Shown here: in pieces, positions 58,359 through 64,000 of the stretch | Position numbering within the stretch: position 1 is the first letter of the stretch | Layout: each line of letters opens with the position of its first letter | From: a virus | Virus record (IMG/VR): IMGVR_UViG_3300013102_000002 | Span: 1 to 64,000 of that record | Length of the DNA stretch: 64,000 nucleotides | Strand: one strand, 5' to 3' | Position numbers and translations under genes: made by a program | The notes under the pieces: generated by a model | Told to the model about the DNA's origin: nothing | Database searches by the model: none | The model's input: only the letters and a program-made list of their open reading frames with translations

Positions 58359-58679
58359 TTATTTAATTGTGTCTTTTAGTCCCTTGGCAGGTTTAAATGC
58401 AGGAGCTTTTGATTTTTCAATATGAATAGCAGCCTGCGCTTTTGCTGTTTCGGGATCAACGCCTTGTTCTTTAAGTTGAGCCAAAAGCTTAGGATTGACA
58501 CCTTGACGAGCGGCACGTTCGCGTACTTCGAATGCTCCAAATCCATGTAGTGACACTTTTTCACCATTAGCCAAAGCATTTGCGATTTCTTCGAATGTTG
58601 ATTCTACTGCCAAAGTAACGGTTTTCTTATCCAAGCCTGTTTTACCTACAACTGCAACGATCAAATCCTGTTTATTCAT
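58359..58679 (-). CDS. hup: HU DNA-binding protein (YonN-like) with insertion in the arm
   Basis: MNKQDLI, GFGAFEVRERAAR.G.NP, PAFKP. Confidence 0.92.
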   Translation of the reverse strand: MNKQDLIVAVVGKTGLDKKTVTLAVESTFEEIANALANGEKVSLHGFGAFEVRERAARQGVNPKLLAQLKEQGVDPETAKAQAAIHIEKSKAPAFKPAKGLKDTIK

Positions 58680-58801
58680 AATTTAAATTTCTCCCTTAGT
58701 TTTATAAATAGTAGAAGAATAACATATATTTATTCTTCCCTATTAGCGTTTTTGAAAAATTGTTAAAAAACCTATTGTTTATAAGGGTTTTTTGATGTTT
58801 T

Positions 58802-59608
58802 CTAAATGGTCTTATTTTTTGTTTTCTCATAGTACTTCTTGTTTTTATCTCTGACGATCTCTTTTTGTCTTTTATTCCAGCAGACACTACAATACTTATT
58901 TCTATTGGAGATAATGCGAATTGGGGTTCCGCACTCACAATAATCAACCCTAAAACCTCGCCACATTTCATACAATAATACAAATTCTCTGAAATCAAAA
59001 ATATTTATCCCATTATTCTCATCGTTAGCCTCGTATTCATCTGCAATATTGATCTCCACAAAAGACGACTGATGATTGTCTGATGGAGTCACATATCCTA
59101 ATTGCTTTAAATGATTAATTAAATTTCTATTCGCGTTAGAGAATGAGAGACCGCAATCTTTAAAGAAGTCTCTGTTGCAGTACGTACCAATCTTACAATC
59201 TCTTCCAATGATCTTATTAATCTTTCCGTAAACCATTAACACAAATGCAATTTTTTCAGCGTCTAAGTTTTCAATTAATTTAATTCTTTCTAGTTCATTC
59301 CCCGAAATAAAAATGCTGTCAATTTCATTTAATTTAAAGTCTTTATTAGAACGTTCATAACTTCTTTTTGTTTTGAAAATAGAAGAGACTGTGCTAGAAA
59401 TATAACTGTCCCATTTTTTTACCCTATATTTTTCTTTCAATCTCTTCTTTAAATATGTTTCAATATTATCTACAATAATACCTTTATCAATACTGCTTAT
59501 AACATAATATTTAACTAGTGTTCTAATAGTATCTGTCAGATTTTCGTCTTCGATTTCGTTATTTAAGACACTTTCCATGTATTTTTTCTCATTCAAAATC
59601 AATTTCAT
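58802..59608 (-). CDS. Conserved hypothetical protein with C-terminal Zn finger, coupled to the RNAP gene
   Basis: ILNEK N-terminus; CECG...KYCSVC; overlaps RNAP 3' end. Confidence 0.75.
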   Translation of the reverse strand: MKLILNEKKYMESVLNNEIEDENLTDTIRTLVKYYVISSIDKGIIVDNIETYLKKRLKEKYRVKKWDSYISSTVSSIFKTKRSYERSNKDFKLNEIDSIFISGNELERIKLIENLDAEKIAFVLMVYGKINKIIGRDCKIGTYCNRDFFKDCGLSFSNANRNLINHLKQLGYVTPSDNHQSSFVEINIADEYEANDENNGINIFDFREFVLLYEMWRGFRVDYCECGTPIRIISNRNKYCSVCWNKRQKEIVRDKNKKYYEKTKNKTI

Positions 59609-62378
59609 CTAAGTCCACCTCGTAATAAATTTTCTCAGTCTCTTTAAATTTCAATCCGCCATAAATAATGTCACCACTTTCATCTTGTACCGGGAATCTA
59701 AGTTTTCCGTCATTGTTTTGGAGAAGATTTTTAACGATTTGTTCTCCACACACATCCCACAAGAACTGTTTGGTTTTTTTATTCTTCTCTTTATAGCAAA
59801 TATCTATAATGATATTCGTCAATTCATCAATATCACTACATAATTCCAAAGCCTTCTTTCTAAATTCTTCAATAAACCTCTGTCTTTTCTCCGATTTTGT
59901 CTCATCTTCTTCTCTGGAATTTTTTATATACCTCATGTGAGACTGAATTTTTTGATTGTGTTCATTATGAAGTTCTACTATTTTATTTTTTAGTGATTTA
60001 TCATAATACTTAACCGACTTCATGATTTTATAGTCGAATATAATATCTTTACTCTTTTTTGTGGGTGTTTTAAATTCATTTTCAATCTTCCAACAAATAC
60101 GATTCATTGTTGAGTTAGCAAGTGACACCGGAAAGTCTTCTAGATATGATTTTATAAACTCACTTTCTTCATCAGACTTATTTTTTTTATTTAACATTTG
60201 TTTCAGAGAAATACCAAATCGATAATTACAGTTAGTATTGTTGTTCGCAATATACCTTTTATATTTTTTCATTAGATGAGGATATATGTATATAAAGAAG
60301 TATGGTTTTTTATCTGCAACAATAAGATTATTAAGTCTTTTTATTTCTTTGATTTCATCGTTATCTTTTTCTGATAGCTCACTATTTTTTTTATCATACC
60401 ACTCCTTTGGCATGGGATTGCTCTGTATACCTTTTGTTTTGTCTATTGCATTTTGTTGGTAATGCTGTACACATGTAATACGATATAAAACTTCTTTATA
60501 TTCATTGCTATCTTTATCCAATGTAGCAAGTACATCATACATTGCCGTGCCTCTATTTGTAACTGCCCCAATTTCGTCTCCAAAGGAGAGTTTATTGGCC
60601 TTAATTAGAGATTGCTCGTCTGGAATGATCTTGTCGGCGCTTTTCTGAGTACAGATAATTGGTTTTAGGTTTTTTACAGCACCCTTAATAATATCATTGT
60701 TGACAGTTAACATTAAGTCGGCATCAAAATCCATACCATTTAGAGCGTTTGCTGTACTATCAAAAGAATTCACGATTGTTACTGTTTTCATGTGTTTGTA
60801 CCATTTTTCAGTTTCTTCTGATTTGATCAATTTAAATGTACGAATATTATTATGTAATGTCATTGGTGCTCTAAATGCAACCACTTCACTAATGTCCTTT
60901 TCATTCCAGTGATTGCTATAAAATTCTCCTGCTTTTAAAATTCCTGTTGGCGCAATACCAAACATGCTTTGACAAAGAGAGTAGGGGTCACCGGACGCAA
61001 TACTAAAATTGCCCTCGACAATCAAGTCGCCTTTCTTGGCATCATCTATTCTTTTAGAAATCATGTCATAAATTCTATTTTTAATAAATGGGTCATTATT
61101 CATTCGATGATCTGCCATTATTGCCATTGAAAAATCATATTGGCTGCTTAGTACATTTTCGTCTGTTAGATGATCTCCTCTAAGAAATAGGAGGGACTTC
61201 ATATGGTCGTCGCCCAAAGAATCTTTAATCATTCTTACTGTCGGATAAATTAATGAATCAATCTGTTCATCACTAAGATCAAGAGACTGTATAAATTGAT
61301 AATTGAGATTTCTTTGGTTCTCTAGTTTTTCTGGAGCAACTTTAGTGACACTCAGAGTATAGGAATTTTCCTTGCAACATCTCAAGTAGTGTTCCATATT
61401 ATCATAAGAACCCCACAGTTTTAACATTGATTCGGTAAGTATTAGTTCCGCATCATGGATATTCCTTTCGTCTCCCCATATATCTATCACAGTATCTTTT
61501 TTTGCTATCGTATCAGCAAAATCTGTATACATAAAGGGGAATATCATACCTTTGATGAAACTTCCTCTTATACACATACCACTGGGAACATAATCTTCTC
61601 CAAGCTCCTTATTCCATCTTTCCAGAAGAGAAGGTAGCGCCAAACCGAACCCATCGCTTGCATTGTTTTCACATAAGCAATCATCCACATCTTCCATTTT
61701 AGGGAATTTACTGTCTTCTTCATCATATATCCTAATTACATTTTCCTTGAATGAGGTAATACAATCTTTTACAACAATAATTCCCTTTGGATCTGAGACA
61801 GGTACGCTTGCGCTACAAGACAAGGCTTTATAAGCCTCTAATTTTGCTGGAACAAACGTAATATTTTTATTTCTTCCATTGTCGATTTTATTATTGATTA
61901 TTTCGTGTATATCTTCACTCATATAAACAACGGTACTGTTTTTTGCACCTCCGGTAGTCGCCAACAAACGATTAAATCTCTTTCCATTAATATAAAACCC
62001 TTTTTTTCTATTCATTCTGTCAAAATCGGAAATTTTATCAATGATAACGCATATGTATTCTGGAACATATCTCAAATCATTAAGTTTTATGTATAGATTC
62101 TTAATCTTTACTCTGTTTTCAAGTGAATTTGATTCTTTTTTTGTCCTTTTAATTTCATTTTTAACTTTTTTAATTTCTTTTTCGATATCTAGATTATTCT
62201 CAGATTTATCTCTATGTATTTGTTTAATGAATCTAATTACTGAACTATCAGCCAAGGAAACAATTTCATCATTCTCCATAGCTTCAGATAGGGTAATCTT
62301 TAAATCCCAATTTGCTTTTCTAATTCTAGTAGAATTAATTTTTAATATGTATTTAAGACTCGTCTTTTGCTTTGCCAA
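59589..62378 (-). CDS. Single-subunit two-barrel RNA polymerase (YonO / RdRP-like family)
   Basis: PAKLEAYKAL, SDGFG, R...KG, LNYQFIQ, FRAP, NGMDFDAD, QQNAIDKTKG. Confidence 0.88.
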   Translation of the reverse strand: MAKQKTSLKYILKINSTRIRKANWDLKITLSEAMENDEIVSLADSSVIRFIKQIHRDKSENNLDIEKEIKKVKNEIKRTKKESNSLENRVKIKNLYIKLNDLRYVPEYICVIIDKISDFDRMNRKKGFYINGKRFNRLLATTGGAKNSTVVYMSEDIHEIINNKIDNGRNKNITFVPAKLEAYKALSCSASVPVSDPKGIIVVKDCITSFKENVIRIYDEEDSKFPKMEDVDDCLCENNASDGFGLALPSLLERWNKELGEDYVPSGMCIRGSFIKGMIFPFMYTDFADTIAKKDTVIDIWGDERNIHDAELILTESMLKLWGSYDNMEHYLRCCKENSYTLSVTKVAPEKLENQRNLNYQFIQSLDLSDEQIDSLIYPTVRMIKDSLGDDHMKSLLFLRGDHLTDENVLSSQYDFSMAIMADHRMNNDPFIKNRIYDMISKRIDDAKKGDLIVEGNFSIASGDPYSLCQSMFGIAPTGILKAGEFYSNHWNEKDISEVVAFRAPMTLHNNIRTFKLIKSEETEKWYKHMKTVTIVNSFDSTANALNGMDFDADLMLTVNNDIIKGAVKNLKPIICTQKSADKIIPDEQSLIKANKLSFGDEIGAVTNRGTAMYDVLATLDKDSNEYKEVLYRITCVQHYQQNAIDKTKGIQSNPMPKEWYDKKNSELSEKDNDEIKEIKRLNNLIVADKKPYFFIYIYPHLMKKYKRYIANNNTNCNYRFGISLKQMLNKKNKSDEESEFIKSYLEDFPVSLANSTMNRICWKIENEFKTPTKKSKDIIFDYKIMKSVKYYDKSLKNKIVELHNEHNQKIQSHMRYIKNSREEDETKSEKRQRFIEEFRKKALELCSDIDELTNIIIDICYKEKNKKTKQFLWDVCGEQIVKNLLQNNDGKLRFPVQDESGDIIYGGLKFKETEKIYYEVDLDEIDFE

Positions 62379-62426
62379 TAGTTAGTATTCCTCCTTGTTT
62401 TTTATTAATTAGTTATTTAACTATAT

Positions 62427-62693
62427 TTATTCATATGTATTTGTAAAACTAAATTCTCCTTTAAACGGTTCCCGATAAAACACTCCATTATTAGCGTTAT
62501 TCATCATCCAAATTGCTTCATCGTCTACAACATTGGAGTCTAAATACTTTGTACAATCGTTCAATCCTTCTTTCATTTCTTTGGAAACAAACTTCTCATC
62601 TAGATAATCAGCATCTCCGTCATAATACTTATCTTCCATTTCCTTAATTGAAAACCCTTGATATTGCATGTTAATCTCCTGTGTTTTTTTCAT
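62427..62693 (-). CDS. Acidic hypothetical protein
   Basis: First gene of the RNAP operon; start 62693 or 62669. Confidence 0.65.
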   Translation of the reverse strand: MKKTQEINMQYQGFSIKEMEDKYYDGDADYLDEKFVSKEMKEGLNDCTKYLDSNVVDDEAIWMMNNANNGVFYREPFKGEFSFTNTYE

Positions 62694-62784
62694 ATTATGT
62701 ATTCCCTTGCCCTTTCTTTTATACCCTCGTATGTTTTATTCAGGAGATGCTTGCTTGTGTTTAGCAATCTCTCTCTGTGTTTAT

Positions 62785-62942
62785 AATATAACATGATAAT
62801 ATTGCATCGTCAACATATATTTATTAATTAAATTCACAATGAGGCCGGGATCAAAGGGAGGTTATTCCTTCATTATATATAATAAAAAAGATGCTGATTT
62901 TAATGAATAAATATATACAAATAAATATATATGTGATATGAT
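62785..62942. promoter_or_regulatory. Divergent sigmaA promoters, each with a 16-bp box at its -35
   Basis: Minus: box + TTGACG-17-TATATT; plus: box/TATACA-17-TATGAT. Confidence 0.75.
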
Positions 62943-63009
62943 GTGTTTATGAGACAGATAAGTGCAGACATAATAATTACAATACATATCAAATAAGGAG
63001 GAGAACATT

Positions 63010-64000
63010 ATGAGTGCTATAACAAACAATGTAGTGGGATTACATACGGGTAGTGTGTGGGAGGATATCCAGACGCACCTAAAAGGATTTGAAAGCAAAC
63101 ACACATCTGAAAATTATGAACGTGGTTTGAGAAAGTTCTTTCAATGGTATAAAGGAAAAGATCTAGAGTTGCTAACAAGGGAAGACTTATATATCCGAAA
63201 TGCAGACGTTTTGAAATACCGCAACTTTCTAAAAGAAATACTCGATGAAGAAGGAGAAAGACAATATACAAATACTTCGATCAACAACGTCATTGCTGCC
63301 ATTCAATCACTTTATGTGTTTCTAGAAAAAAACGATTATGATGTAAAATCCGTTACCACCAGAATCAATCCACTTGCTGATGACTCGGTAAGATGTGGTG
63401 CGCTCTATACGCACGAGGCTGAAAAAATGGCAGACATTGTTGTTGATACTGTCAAAGGAATAGAAAAATCGGCATTGATTAGAATGGCATACACAACAAG
63501 CTTTCGTAAGGATTCCCTACGTAAATTAGAATGGAATGACATTGTAAAACATCCAAGTAATAAATATTACGAAGTGACTGTAATGGGTAAAGGTGGTAAG
63601 AAACATACTGTTCCAATTTCAGAAGATCTTTATCAGTATCTACTGAAGATTAAGGATCAGAAGTATTATGCGAGATATGATGATAATAAAATATTCCACT
63701 TAAGTACTGGGGCAATTCAGGATATGATGACTTTTTTGAAAAATAAACTTGGTATCCCTGAACAAAGAAATGTTGTATTCCATAGCTTCAGAAACGTTGC
63801 GTCTATGTATGGAACATTGGAAGAAGCTAAAGAGCACTACAACCACAGCAGTTACAATGTAACAGAAAAATATAGACACAAAGATAATGACATGAGTAAT
63901 AGTTTGAGTTTGAGAATTGGTGAAAAGATTGACGATGGCGTTTTTGAGGAATTAAGTAAAGAGGAATTAATTCAATTACTTATGAGACAAAACGAAGGAG
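63010..64000 (+). CDS. Tyrosine-recombinase-fold protein (YopP-like), 3'-truncated by the window (not in ORF track)
   Basis: AAGGAGG RBS; TTSFRK, MGKGGK, FHSFR, HYNHSS...EKY; frame open to 64000. Confidence 0.85.
   Translation, partial: MSAITNNVVGLHTGSVWEDIQTHLKGFESKHTSENYERGLRKFFQWYKGKDLELLTREDLYIRNADVLKYRNFLKEILDEEGERQYTNTSINNVIAAIQSLYVFLEKNDYDVKSVTTRINPLADDSVRCGALYTHEAEKMADIVVDTVKGIEKSALIRMAYTTSFRKDSLRKLEWNDIVKHPSNKYYEVTVMGKGGKKHTVPISEDLYQYLLKIKDQKYYARYDDNKIFHLSTGAIQDMMTFLKNKLGIPEQRNVVFHSFRNVASMYGTLEEAKEHYNHSSYNVTEKYRHKDNDMSNSLSLRIGEKIDDGVFEELSKEELIQLLMRQNEG

Larger units (their letters stand above)
1..64000. mobile_element. Segment of a large SPbeta-like temperate phage genome (not interrupted by host DNA)
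   Basis: YonO-type RNAP, terminase/portal/capsid/tail, lysis, DnaE and serine recombinase genes in SPbeta-like order; no host housekeeping genes. Confidence 0.93.

Noticed and set aside
5317-62385. Many antisense or nested ORFs in the track (e.g. 14835-15377, 42554-43051, 46848-47609, 21108-21488)
   Set aside because: Shadows of real genes on the opposite strand or frame; no RBS or recognisable motifs
1-64000. CRISPR array, diversity-generating retroelement, invertible tail-fibre shufflon, arbitrium (aimR/aimP) genes
   Set aside because: No regular repeat-spacer run, no reverse transcriptase, no adenine-specific repeat pair, fibre genes all co-oriented, no TPR receptor/peptide pair in this window

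Overview
The whole window is phage DNA with no host housekeeping genes. It comes from a large, AT-rich, SPbeta-like temperate siphovirus of Bacillota; a Paenibacillus/Bacillus-type host is inferred, not shown. Positions 1-9 kb (+) are the end of the early/replication arm: small genes, a ParM/ParR partition pair, DNA polymerase III alpha and RuvC. A large serine recombinase follows, with a candidate intact attP at its 3' end, so the genome looks episomal or virion-form. Converging on it from the minus strand (62.7 kb down to 10.7 kb) are: YonO-type single-subunit RNA polymerase, HU, PhoH, YonK/YonJ-like proteins, terminase, portal, head and tail genes, a YomM-like tyrosine recombinase, an accessory island (MazF-like toxin, lipoprotein, HTH regulator, free-standing endonuclease), tape measure, baseplate and tail fibres, lysis genes and a small RepL-like module. 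A YopP-like tyrosine-recombinase-fold gene starts at the right edge. Main observations: (1) the tape measure gene is split by three ORF-less group I introns; removing them restores a 2185-aa frame, and a free-standing endonuclease gene sits directly upstream. (2) An 18-bp palindrome family (ATRAAAT-N4-ATTTYAT) marks accessory-gene boundaries, and one composite repeat has its 15-bp core flipped between copies. (3) Six exact copies of a 16-bp operator-like box occur, mostly at promoters. (4) An apparent split docking domain links one fibre adaptor to two alternative receptor-binding proteins. All family assignments come from motifs and gene order read by eye; no database searches were run.
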